A DNA stretch of 64,000 nt, taken from Blastopirellula marina. GTDB taxonomy: Bacteria > Planctomycetota > Planctomycetia > Pirellulales > Pirellulaceae. The notes under the pieces were generated by a model that was not told the DNA's origin, searched no databases, and saw only the letters and a list, made by a program, of their open reading frames with translations. The stretch spans positions 688,774 to 752,773 of the forward strand of contig NZ_PUHY01000005.1 of assembly GCF_002967765.1 (NCBI RefSeq). Reading direction: 5' to 3'. Made by a program: the position numbers and the translations under genes. Position 1 is the first letter of the stretch. Each line of letters begins with the position of its first letter. Positions 30,001 through 37,936 of this stretch are shown here, in pieces.

Positions 30001-31075
30001 GATGAGCATTGGGCAATCTGCAACGGTGCTTTTGGCACACACCATGAATGATGCCCTGGTCGTTCCACAGCGAGCCACATTCGAGAAAAGTGGCAATCAC
30101 TACGTATTTGTCGTCGACGATCAGGGAATTGCTCATCAACGCGAGATCTTCGTCGAAAGTGAAACGGAAGACAATTTCGTCATCGCCTCTGGTATCCGCC
30201 AAGGCGAGCAGATCGTCTTGGATCGCGTTCGCGAGGTGCGCGACGGGGAGAAAGTTGCGGCATCCATTTCCCAGTTACCCTTCAGCGACCCGGCGAAGGT
30301 TGCCCGCGTCGAATCGAAAACGGTCACCATCGAACATCAGCACGTGGCATTGGTGAGTGGGCCAAAGATTCACAGTATCCCATCACCCGCCAAGGGCCGC
30401 TTCGATAAAAAGTATTCTCGTACTTTTCAGAGCGTCAAAAAAGGAGAACTCCTTTTCACGTTTTCTCCGACGACGGAGGATGGCGAGAATGCGAGTGATT
30501 CCAAAGATTCGATCATTGAGTGCCGAGCTCCGTGCAACGGGATCGTGATCGATCATACAACGCCTGCGAGGCAAGACTTCAACAAGGGAAACATTCTGAT
30601 GAGCGTCACCGAGCATGGTCCGCTAATCGCCGACTTCCATGTAACGGATTCAATACACGAGGCGTACCGAGGACAACGTGATCTGAAGATCGAACTTCAG
30701 TTTGAGGATGGCAAGACCTACGGGGAACTTGGTCAGCTTGAGCCAAACTTCGAAACGCTTAGCGAAACAGCACAAGTCATTATGCATGCCAGCTTCGAGA
30801 ATCGCCGGGGAAGTTCGTTTCACGCGCGGCCTGGAAAGATCCATATCAGCAAAACGTTCAAGGACGCCACGGTCGTTCCCCAACGTGCCACCTTCGAGCA
30901 AGATGGCAAACGGTACCTCTTCGTGGTCGACGATCAAAACGTAGCCCACCGGCGTGAGATTGAAGTCAAGGGCCAAACCGAAGACCAGTTCGTCATTGCG
31001 TCCGGCGTTTCCGAAGGGGAACAGATCGTCGTCGACGATCTTCTGCAAGTGCAAGATGGGCAGAAGTTTCGCTAA
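27044..31075 (+). CDS. Ser/Thr protein kinase with N-terminal anti-sigma zf-HC2 motif, one TM helix and three tandem periplasmic membrane-fusion-protein (HlyD/RND-adaptor-like) modules
   Basis: The zf-HC2 motif is HLDQCESC. The kinase subdomains are VAIK, HRDIKPSNLM, DFGLA and DYMAPE. The TM helix is WTTLAACLALLILGA. Three roughly 275-aa repeats follow. Each has two lipoyl half-motifs (G.v..l.v..G..VkkGDl) and a beta-barrel/MP-domain ending in VVDDq.iAH.R.i.v......i.sGv..GEqiVvd....v.DGeKV. Confidence 0.85.
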   Translation: MIAAHCPDLDDLQKYLSGRLDSIAAADLESHLDQCESCEQTIDQLEAESDSMVEVLRKWKSSDRVSSVDASPEIAAAQAFSANLADRLKVASHLTMATSPTIGAYQLIRLLGRGGMGAVYLARHRNLDKQVAIKLLPALSAQQQDIVARFQREIRASGQLDHPAIVRATDAGEVDGIHFLVMDAIDGLDIGQVCRNLGPLSFADACEIARQAAVGLAYAHGKGIVHRDIKPSNLMLDENGQVKILDFGLAQMSLWSDEATQLTTVGQLMGTLDYMAPEQAEGSELPDQRADIYALGATLYRLLTGRPPLWASRAGSPIEKLRLIASHDPPPIESIRGDLPPALTQLVMQMLARDPEQRPQSAEEVAERLAPYCDTSELNRVIKTARDQSPDADGHSESPSAIPRPIKSQPPHNIWKWTTLAACLALLILGARFTLDTSKGQLIIDSKDANLHIHLRRDGQAYRDLEIHPGVQVTKLYGGNYEIVLDQPSDNITISRKKFSIRMGEKLIATVQEKPGEVVAVNEPQPAEKPAAEAVKVTAKRVKVAAVEAKTVRVRYLYLGRLQERALGFLTPNRDGVVKDLNVHLGQEVKKGDLIAEVVSADNEKEAIQAPFDAFVIGLKVAEGDQVKKGDMLMLLSANGPAIVNFDISPDERLLFVQSVLNGDTKMELVFEKNEKKYDHAGKLTKVDGKVDSHGNIELQAEFPNPEGKVGTGTRAWIEINPTLENVTLVPKEAVFRRDNRTCVLVVDDHQIAHLRDVTVMNPWEDCYVIKSGVRVGEQVIVDGIDQVQDGEKVVAPTTTADRPVAKTIQVGTVEAQSVTITNRYVGEIQKRTVGYVEAKVDGTVDQVYVTTGQKIRKGDLIFETTSAESSSDRDTPAQDPNSAIQAPFDGFVWGVKFKKGDRTKKGDKLIILSEAGPGVVDFNVPASRLEEIIRWDSNNELKLSLMFSNGKRYDLPGKLTTIDGEVELASGNVHLQAEFPNPDGKMSIGQSATVLLAHTMNDALVVPQRATFEKSGNHYVFVVDDQGIAHQREIFVESETEDNFVIASGIRQGEQIVLDRVREVRDGEKVAASISQLPFSDPAKVARVESKTVTIEHQHVALVSGPKIHSIPSPAKGRFDKKYSRTFQSVKKGELLFTFSPTTEDGENASDSKDSIIECRAPCNGIVIDHTTPARQDFNKGNILMSVTEHGPLIADFHVTDSIHEAYRGQRDLKIELQFEDGKTYGELGQLEPNFETLSETAQVIMHASFENRRGSSFHARPGKIHISKTFKDATVVPQRATFEQDGKRYLFVVDDQNVAHRREIEVKGQTEDQFVIASGVSEGEQIVVDDLLQVQDGQKFR
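28640..31075 (+). repeat. three tandem intragenic repeats (~826 bp / ~275 aa each) encoding MFP-like modules
   Basis: The repeat boundaries are at about 28640, 29465 and 30292. They are conserved at protein level. Examples are VKKGDLIAEVVS / IRKGDLIFETTS / VKKGELLFTFSP and the VVDDHQIAHLRDV / VVDDQGIAHQREI / VVDDQNVAHRREI ends. The DNA has diverged. Confidence 0.75.
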
Positions 31076-31195
31076 TTTTGAGATTGCGTCCAAATTGCCC
31101 ACTGCTTTCGGCAGCGGGCAAGTCAAATAATATGTTTCGCGACGAGTGGTTCGTTTTCGTTGCGTTGCACGCAATCTTCCAGGTAACGCAGCTCC

Positions 31196-31277
31196 GTAGG
31201 TCAGGCTGTGCCTGACACGCCTTGGGAATCGTTCCACCATGCTTGTACCAGCTTCCGTCAGGCACAGCCTGACCTAC
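31196..31277. repeat. 21-bp perfect inverted repeat (gtaggtcaggctgtgcctgac / gtcaggcacagcctgacctac) with 40-nt loop in convergent intergenic region
   Basis: I verified this directly by reverse-complementing one arm. A smaller palindrome, ttgcgt-tgc-acgcaa, lies at 31160..31174. The pair sits between the kinase stop (31075) and the SPFH stop (31310). Confidence 0.7.
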
Positions 31278-31309
31278 GACTGGGTGCCATGTTCACGCAG
31301 CATGCTCGA

Positions 31310-32770
31310 TCAATGCTGCGTGCTGCTGATCGATTTACCCAACTCGGTATGGGCGGATTGGGCGGGCAGTTCAAGAAGCAAGTTCGGTGAATCGCTGCCT
31401 CCGCCCATTTGGAAAAGGTAGCTAGGATATTCGCCGTTCCACTTCTCAATTCGATCGTGCTCGACTTCCAATTGTTTCAGCTGGACGAACAGTGGGTCGG
31501 ACTTAGCTTCCCGAGTTGCTTCGGCCAGTTTACGAATTGCGTCCGCTTCCCCTTCGGCCACAGTGCGGGCCATGTTGGCTTGACCTTCCGCTTCCAGTTC
31601 AATCCGTTCGTTCTCTTTCTGCTGAGCATCGAACAGTGCCATATTCACCACCTTCTTTTGCTGAGCCACAAACGTTTCGTCGATCGCTTCCTGGATTTTG
31701 GGATTCTGGTAGGTGAAGCCACCGAACATGCCGACCGTGGTGATGGTAATCCCTCGTTCTTTGAAGAACGGAATCACGTCTTCGCGCACGTCGTCGACCA
31801 TTTCTTGTTTGCGCGAGCGAAGTTCATCCAAGTCATAGCGAGCGGCAGCTTCAGCCGCGACCGATTGAATTCGGGCCCGCACTTCCGAGTCCATCATGTC
31901 GGCCAGCGAGCGGCTCCGATACATGTATAAAAAACGAGCCGTGTCTTCCTCTTCAATGAACGCGGTGCAGTTGAAGCCGACCGAAAAACCGACCGAGTCC
32001 TTGCTCTCGATCCAAATCGCTTCGTTGGCGTTCTTGGTCCCACTGTTAACGTCCGCAGTCCATTCCCGGGTGACAGGTGATCGATCGACCTTGATCAGAC
32101 GCACCGTATCGAGCCATTCACCGTCATAGTACATGCGGCCGGTTGGTACCCAGCGATGCGGTACCTGAACTCGCTTGGCAGCGACCTTACGCTTGGCCAA
32201 ATAGCTTTCCGACTCGAAGGTGACTTGTTGATCGGTTTCGCCTTCCAGCGGAATCAGGAAACCCGTTTCCGAAGTATCGATCTCCTCGAACTCCGGTCGA
32301 TCGAACGGGCGGCAACCAACCGTGGCCAGAACCACGACGCCGACGGCTAACAATCCGAGCGACGAGTGGGACGATCCGCTCGAACGTGCCGCGCGAGCCA
32401 CTTTGCAAGCTACGCAGCGCGGACTGATCATCAGGGGAACAAACAGCACCGCCGCGGCTACCATCACAGCCGACCACAATGCGACCGGCATGATCGAATG
32501 CCAGGCCACCGCCGACTGCATAGTCTGCGACCAACCGGCCGAATCGAACTGATGCATCGCCAGCGTGTTGGCGACGCTCGGCCAGAGGTAATACTCGACG
32601 CTCATTTCGGTCCCTGCGGCACATGCGGCGATACCTGCCAACATCATTGCCCGGCGTGTTAGTAACTGAGTCCAACTCAATTCACAGTTCATCGATGGTC
32701 TCCACAAAGGGTGCGGGTTAGATTTCCGCTCCTTAACGCATCGGTCATGCCAAATTATTTCGAAATCCAT
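31310..32770 (-). CDS. SPFH/band-7 (flotillin/YqiK-like) domain protein with N-terminal membrane extension
   Basis: The C-terminal half (ITTVGMFGGFTYQNPKIQEAIDETFVAQQKKVVNMALFDAQQKENERIELEAEGQANMAR) has the SPFH signature. The N-terminal ~113 aa are hydrophobic. A lipoprotein-like signal (MISPRCVACKVARAA...LATVGC) begins at an in-frame Met at 32431, which may be the true start. Confidence 0.65.
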   Translation of the reverse strand: MDFEIIWHDRCVKERKSNPHPLWRPSMNCELSWTQLLTRRAMMLAGIAACAAGTEMSVEYYLWPSVANTLAMHQFDSAGWSQTMQSAVAWHSIMPVALWSAVMVAAAVLFVPLMISPRCVACKVARAARSSGSSHSSLGLLAVGVVVLATVGCRPFDRPEFEEIDTSETGFLIPLEGETDQQVTFESESYLAKRKVAAKRVQVPHRWVPTGRMYYDGEWLDTVRLIKVDRSPVTREWTADVNSGTKNANEAIWIESKDSVGFSVGFNCTAFIEEEDTARFLYMYRSRSLADMMDSEVRARIQSVAAEAAARYDLDELRSRKQEMVDDVREDVIPFFKERGITITTVGMFGGFTYQNPKIQEAIDETFVAQQKKVVNMALFDAQQKENERIELEAEGQANMARTVAEGEADAIRKLAEATREAKSDPLFVQLKQLEVEHDRIEKWNGEYPSYLFQMGGGSDSPNLLLELPAQSAHTELGKSISSTQH

Positions 32771-32818
32771 AAACTGCTAGGCAGTAGACACTTACGAAAA
32801 GTGACCCTGGTTTGCGAT

Positions 32819-32854
32819 GTGAGACTTTTCGCTAGATGTAGTGAAAAGTCTCAC
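32819..32854. promoter_or_regulatory. perfect 12-bp inverted repeat GTGAGACTTTTC-N12-GAAAAGTCTCAC upstream of NtrC-like gene
   Basis: I verified this by reverse complement. It ends 20 bp before the ATG at 32875. It is a candidate operator, enhancer site or 5' UTR hairpin. Confidence 0.55.
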
Positions 32855-32874
32855 ATCAAGTTACGATTGGGGCC

Positions 32875-34245
32875 ATGCATATCGCTCGAATTACGATCCT
32901 CACGCCCCCCAACGATCCGCTGGACGACCTAAGCTCCGCGTTTCGTGATGCTGCGCCCGAAAGTAACGTCCAAGTCTTACGCGAAGACCCTGACATCTTG
33001 CGTGAACTTCGCGACCAGGCTGACGACAGCTTGTTCGTGATTCATGGCAGTCGTACTAGTTCCGGGATCGTCACCGCGATGCGGGGGCTTTCGTCGACGG
33101 CGCTCATCGTCATTGCCGCCGATCAAGGAAGCGTCGAGACGGCGGCTTCGGCGATCACTATGGGGGCCAACGACTTCCTGGTTCGTGGCCCGCAACTCAA
33201 CGCCCGCGTAGCGACGTTGCTCGGCAAGATGGGTTACCTCCTGCAGGTGCTGCGCGAGGCCAGGTCGCTTGATGCCGAGAACGAGCGATTGCAGGAAGAG
33301 CTTCACTTCCGCGGGCAGATCATCGGCCAGTCGCCCCAGATCCAGTCGATTGTCCAGCGGATTCGCCTGATAGCGCCCGTTCCTCGGCCCGTGTTAATCG
33401 AAGGCGAACGAGGCACTGGTAAAGAAATGGTCGCCCGCGCAATTCACTTTGCTCATGGCGATCATGCCCGACCGATGGTGACAGTTAATTGCGCGGCGTT
33501 CTCGACCGACTTGCTCGAAAGCGAACTGTTCGGCCACGAAAAAGGTGCCTTCACTGGGGCCGATGAAACACGCGATGGTAAGTTTGGTCAGGCCAGTGGA
33601 GGAACGTTGTTCCTTGACGAGATCGGCCACATGTCGCTGCCGTTTCAGCGAAAGATTTTACGCGTGGTCGAGTACGGTACGTATAACCGCGTCGGCGGTC
33701 GTAACGAGCTGCATACCACGGCCCGCATCATCGCCGCAACAAACGTCGACCTGCGTAAGCAGATTAGCGAAGGTGAATTCCTCAGCGACCTTTACGACCG
33801 TCTAGCGTTCGAGGTCATCGAAGTGCCACCCCTGCGTGAACGCGAAGGGGATATCGAAGTCCTCGCCCAGCATTTCCTAGATCAATTCGCCAAAGAGATT
33901 CCCCTGTTCGCCGGTAAGAAGCTGGCCCGCTCGGCGATCGAAGTGCTCCGAAAGTACCGCTTCCCTGGCAATGTTCGGGAATTGAAGAACATCATCGAAC
34001 GCGCCGCGTATCGCGACACGACGGACGAGATCACTCCCGACGACATCGGTATGCTGGCCGCTACCCCGCCGGAAATCCCGGGCGGCAGTTTCAAAGAACG
34101 GCTCGACAACTTCTGCCGCTTAATGCTCAGCGAAGCCATGTCCCAAACCCAAAACAACCAAGCCGCCGCCGCCCGAGAACTAGGCCTCAGTTATCACCAG
34201 TTCCGTTACTACTACGGGAAGTACCTGACTGAGCAAACGGACTGA
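32875..34245 (+). CDS. sigma-54-dependent transcriptional activator (NtrC family) with atypical receiver-like N-terminus
   Basis: The AAA+ motifs are GERGTGKEMVARAIH, ESELFGHEKGAFTGA (GAFTGA) and GTLFLDEIGHM, plus GNVRELKNIIERA. There is a C-terminal HTH. The N-terminal domain lacks an obvious phospho-acceptor Asp. Confidence 0.85.
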   Translation: MHIARITILTPPNDPLDDLSSAFRDAAPESNVQVLREDPDILRELRDQADDSLFVIHGSRTSSGIVTAMRGLSSTALIVIAADQGSVETAASAITMGANDFLVRGPQLNARVATLLGKMGYLLQVLREARSLDAENERLQEELHFRGQIIGQSPQIQSIVQRIRLIAPVPRPVLIEGERGTGKEMVARAIHFAHGDHARPMVTVNCAAFSTDLLESELFGHEKGAFTGADETRDGKFGQASGGTLFLDEIGHMSLPFQRKILRVVEYGTYNRVGGRNELHTTARIIAATNVDLRKQISEGEFLSDLYDRLAFEVIEVPPLREREGDIEVLAQHFLDQFAKEIPLFAGKKLARSAIEVLRKYRFPGNVRELKNIIERAAYRDTTDEITPDDIGMLAATPPEIPGGSFKERLDNFCRLMLSEAMSQTQNNQAAAARELGLSYHQFRYYYGKYLTEQTD

Positions 34246-34255
34246 CCTCTCGATT

Positions 34256-34275
34256 TGGTGGCACCCAGCACGCGT
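34256..34275 (+). promoter_or_regulatory. candidate sigma-54 promoter (TGGCAC-N5-ACGCG; GG-N10-GC)
   Basis: The -24 box TGGCAC is perfect at 34259..34264. GC lies at 34272..34273 with the correct 10-nt spacing. The -12 box is weak (ACGC instead of TTGC). It is 140 bp upstream of the TetR gene and directly downstream of the NtrC-like regulator gene. Confidence 0.3.
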
Positions 34276-34415
34276 CCGGTGCATTCTTCGTCCGCAATTC
34301 TCATGAAATTGCTTTTTTCTGCGAAACCAACGCGCTCAGCCAGGGGTTTGTATCAGTGTTGCGTATCGGTCGGGCGCCCGACTAATCGTGCTAAGTGACA
34401 AATGGATAATGGGTT

Positions 34416-35003
34416 ATGTCTTCTTCTAGAGCTCCCAAGGTCTCTCGTTTCGACACAATCATCGCCGCTGCGGCAACACTATGCGCGCAGAAGGGAATCG
34501 CCGAAACGAGTCTTCGCGAAATTGCGACCGAGGCTAAGGTTTCCAATGGAACACTTCACTATTACTTCCCAAGCAAGGACGAATTAATTGAGAAGTTGAT
34601 TCTCTCGGCGGTCGAACCGTTAGGACGCCGGGCGGCGGAAATCGCGCAGAGCGAAGAAGATCCGTTTGATCAGCTTCGACAGATTGTCGATTTGTCGTTC
34701 GGCTTGTTCGACGACGATTGGGATCTCTATTACGTCGCGTTGCAATTAGGCGACCGGGTGCACGTTCGCCTGGCCGAACGTTTTCCCACCGCAACAAACG
34801 CGATGCAGCAAGTGATCGAGCGTGGTCAGCAATTGGGTGTCATGCGCAACGACGATCCCTTGCTTTTGGCTATTGAGTGTCACGGCGTGATGATGCGCGT
34901 TGCCCGTGCGCTAACTTTCGGTGAATTGACACCACCACTACGACGCTTCGTCGAGCCAGTCTCGGAAACGTATCGTCGAATTCTGCAAATCTCTTCCCCC
35001 TAA
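34416..35003 (+). CDS. TetR/AcrR-family transcriptional regulator
   Basis: The HTH is SLREIATEAKVSNGTLHYYFPSKDELI. Confidence 0.85.
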   Translation: MSSSRAPKVSRFDTIIAAAATLCAQKGIAETSLREIATEAKVSNGTLHYYFPSKDELIEKLILSAVEPLGRRAAEIAQSEEDPFDQLRQIVDLSFGLFDDDWDLYYVALQLGDRVHVRLAERFPTATNAMQQVIERGQQLGVMRNDDPLLLAIECHGVMMRVARALTFGELTPPLRRFVEPVSETYRRILQISSP

Positions 35004-35026
35004 AAAAGTTTGTTCGGAGACACGCG

Positions 35027-37936
35027 ATGCCTCGTTCTCTTCCTCCATTCGCGGCTGCCATGGGTGGTGCGATTCTGGTAGCGGCCCTCCTGGCTTCAAC
35101 CGCTGTCGCTCAAAACGAACCACCGGTTTGTTACGACTTGGAAAAAATGCCCAATCAGGTCGCCCGCCGCGTGACGCCGGTCAAGCCATTCGAGATCATG
35201 GACGGTGTCTATTATGTCGGCAACTCGGCCGTTTCGTGCCATCTTCTGACAAGTGAAGACGGTTTGATCTTGATTGACTCGACCTTTCCCCACACGGTTT
35301 CGATGCTAATAGATAGCATTCGCCAGCTTGGATTTGCGCCAAGCGACGTGAAGTTGGTAATCGCGACACATGCGGCGATCGATCACTCGGGAGGAGCGTG
35401 GTATTTTCAGAAAGTATTTGGCTCAAAGGTGTGGATACAAGAAGCCGACGCGACAGCGGCCGCGAATGCCTTGTGTGTCGGTGGAAAAAAGGTTGACTTA
35501 AGTGAGGTTCGTGCTTCCGAGGCGTATCCACCCTTCCAAGCAGATCGGCTGATTAAAGAGAAAGAAACAATTGATTGGGGAGGACGTCAGTTCACATTTC
35601 GTCGCACGCCACTAGCGACCGAAGGAACGATGGCGATCGAATGGCCATTACATTCCTCCGACGGCAAAACAGTGAAAGCGGGCCTGATCGGTGGCATCGC
35701 TAATCGAGTAGGCGACGCTCAACTGACCGTCCAGCGTTTGAAGGAAATGCGCGATATCGAAGTCTGGCTGGCCGTTCATCCCAATCAAAACAAGACCTTT
35801 GAGAAGGCGAATCGCCTTGATGCCGGCAAATTGGCCAACCCATTCGTCGATCCTTCTGGCTGGAACCAGTTTGTCGATCGCATCGTGGGGATGATGAGTT
35901 CCGAGCGGCCGACTCGTCGTCGTGATAACACAGACATGCGTCAACGGCAGCGCCCGATGAATCCAAGCCGCTCACCGGCCAGCGCAAGTAACGGACGCGT
36001 GCCAAACAAGAACATCGACAAACTCGATCGCGCGTGGCTCGATCCCGATACAACCGCTCCAGCACCGACTATCTACAAAACGTTCCGTAGTCAAACGATT
36101 CGGCAGGACGTCAGCTATTTGATCTACCTTCCGCCCGATTACCAGCAGCAATCGTCTCAGCGTTACCCAGTCATCTATTGGTTACACGGTACCGGCGGCA
36201 AGCAAAGCCGAGGGGCTGACCTGGCGAACCTCTTAGACGAGCAGATCCGGGCTGGAAAAATGCCGCCGATGATCATGGTTCTCGTTAACGGATTGCGAGG
36301 CACGACCCTCTATTGCGATTCGGCAGACGGAAAGTGGCCTCTTGAATCGGTGATCGTAAACGACCTGATACCGCATATCGACACCTCCTACCGCACGCAC
36401 GCTCGCCGCGAGGCACGGGCGATCGAGGGGTTCTCGATGGGAGGTTTCGGCGCGGCGCACCTCGGTTTCCAATATCCTGAAACGTTCGGCGTGATATCGA
36501 TCCTCGATCCCGCATTTCTTACTGGACTCGATCCTAACGCGGCGCCCCATCCAACTTGGCAGGGGCAAATCGATTTTGCTCTTGGCGGCGATGCAAAACG
36601 ATATCAGGCCAACAACCCATTCGTGTTGTTGGGCAAGAATGCCGACAAGTTACGTGGACGAACGACCATTCGTTTGGTGCCTCGGGCGAAAGGAAACACG
36701 CAAGGATTTCTAGCGAAGTGTGACGAGTTGCATGCGATGCTCGACCAACACAAAATCGCCCATACTTACGATCCGCGCCGTGACGTTGCGATCCATAACC
36801 CAAACGTCTTGTACGAGGCATTAGGAGAGCAGGGATTCGCATTTTTCAAATCCGCGTTTCAATTGACGCCACCCGCAGGCAAACAGACCGCCAGAAGCGA
36901 AATAGCTTGGAGAAAGCTACCCGATTGTTCATTCGGATATGAAACTGAGTACGCAGGAAAAAATGGGACACCAATCGCCGCTTACCTGCGTAAACCTGCC
37001 GGCGATGGGCCGTTTCCGCTGGTCGTCATGTTGCATGGGGGTGGCAGTTCCACCACCGGTACGATGAGCCTGGGACGATCGCAGCAGTCACCTACGGCCA
37101 ATTTCATCGAGCAAGGCTGGGCGGTCTATTCAATTGATTTTCGCCGTCGATCCGAATTTCAACCGATTGAATGGGACGATGCGATTGCCGCGGTTGAAAA
37201 CGCGAAGCAGTTTTCGTTCATCGATCCAACGCGGATTGCGATGATTGGCGGTAGCCATGGAGGTCACAATACGCTGCGGATTGCGGCGCGCCACGGCCTA
37301 AGCTGCGCCATCGCGTGTGCGCCCCCAGCGATCAATTTGGAAGAAGTTGCCAAGGCCAAAGCTGCCGGTTATCAACTGAGTCCCGCTCTCGAAAGGGTTT
37401 TGGCAGGTGGCAATCCAACGCCTGGTCCCACAATATTTGAAGAGGCCAGCAAACTACGATGTCCACTGCTGCTGGTTAGCGGAAAAAATGACTGGAGTTC
37501 TCCGCCCAATGTCATCGAGGCGTATGTCAAGGTGCTGGAGAAAGCGAAACGGGAGGTCGAGGTCTATATGCCCGAGAACGGACCGCATGGGTTTTATTTC
37601 GGTAGTCCACGAAATGCCGAGACGGATGAAGCGGCTCGCCGTGCCGTGGCCTTTATCTCGAAACACTTTGAGATGCCGCTGAAACCATCGAATTCGCCCC
37701 CTTTGTCCGCCGCTCCTGGTCGGGTCAATAATAGCCTCCGCTTGCCACCTGCCGAACAAGTGAATCGTGTCTTTTTACGCCTCGACCTGAATAAAGACGG
37801 CACGGTCGATCGGCAGGAAGCTGACAACCAGCCGGGACGACGACTGATCGCGACGTTTGATCGGAACGGCGATGGCAGCGTCACTCGCAGCGAGATACAG
37901 GAGGTGTTCGCATCCTCAAAGCCATCCAGTCGATAA
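35027..37936 (+). CDS. multidomain secreted hydrolase: metallo-beta-lactamase fold + esterase (PF00756-like) + S9/DLH-type alpha/beta hydrolase + C-terminal EF-hand pair
   Basis: There is a signal peptide. The MBL motif is HAAIDHSGG. The esterase has YPVIYWLHGTGGK and GFSMGG. The second hydrolase has GPFPLVVMLHGGG and GGSHGG. The two canonical EF loops are DLNKDGTVDRQE and DRNGDGSVTRSE. It starts 24 bp after the TetR gene. Confidence 0.75.
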   Translation: MPRSLPPFAAAMGGAILVAALLASTAVAQNEPPVCYDLEKMPNQVARRVTPVKPFEIMDGVYYVGNSAVSCHLLTSEDGLILIDSTFPHTVSMLIDSIRQLGFAPSDVKLVIATHAAIDHSGGAWYFQKVFGSKVWIQEADATAAANALCVGGKKVDLSEVRASEAYPPFQADRLIKEKETIDWGGRQFTFRRTPLATEGTMAIEWPLHSSDGKTVKAGLIGGIANRVGDAQLTVQRLKEMRDIEVWLAVHPNQNKTFEKANRLDAGKLANPFVDPSGWNQFVDRIVGMMSSERPTRRRDNTDMRQRQRPMNPSRSPASASNGRVPNKNIDKLDRAWLDPDTTAPAPTIYKTFRSQTIRQDVSYLIYLPPDYQQQSSQRYPVIYWLHGTGGKQSRGADLANLLDEQIRAGKMPPMIMVLVNGLRGTTLYCDSADGKWPLESVIVNDLIPHIDTSYRTHARREARAIEGFSMGGFGAAHLGFQYPETFGVISILDPAFLTGLDPNAAPHPTWQGQIDFALGGDAKRYQANNPFVLLGKNADKLRGRTTIRLVPRAKGNTQGFLAKCDELHAMLDQHKIAHTYDPRRDVAIHNPNVLYEALGEQGFAFFKSAFQLTPPAGKQTARSEIAWRKLPDCSFGYETEYAGKNGTPIAAYLRKPAGDGPFPLVVMLHGGGSSTTGTMSLGRSQQSPTANFIEQGWAVYSIDFRRRSEFQPIEWDDAIAAVENAKQFSFIDPTRIAMIGGSHGGHNTLRIAARHGLSCAIACAPPAINLEEVAKAKAAGYQLSPALERVLAGGNPTPGPTIFEEASKLRCPLLLVSGKNDWSSPPNVIEAYVKVLEKAKREVEVYMPENGPHGFYFGSPRNAETDEAARRAVAFISKHFEMPLKPSNSPPLSAAPGRVNNSLRLPPAEQVNRVFLRLDLNKDGTVDRQEADNQPGRRLIATFDRNGDGSVTRSEIQEVFASSKPSSR

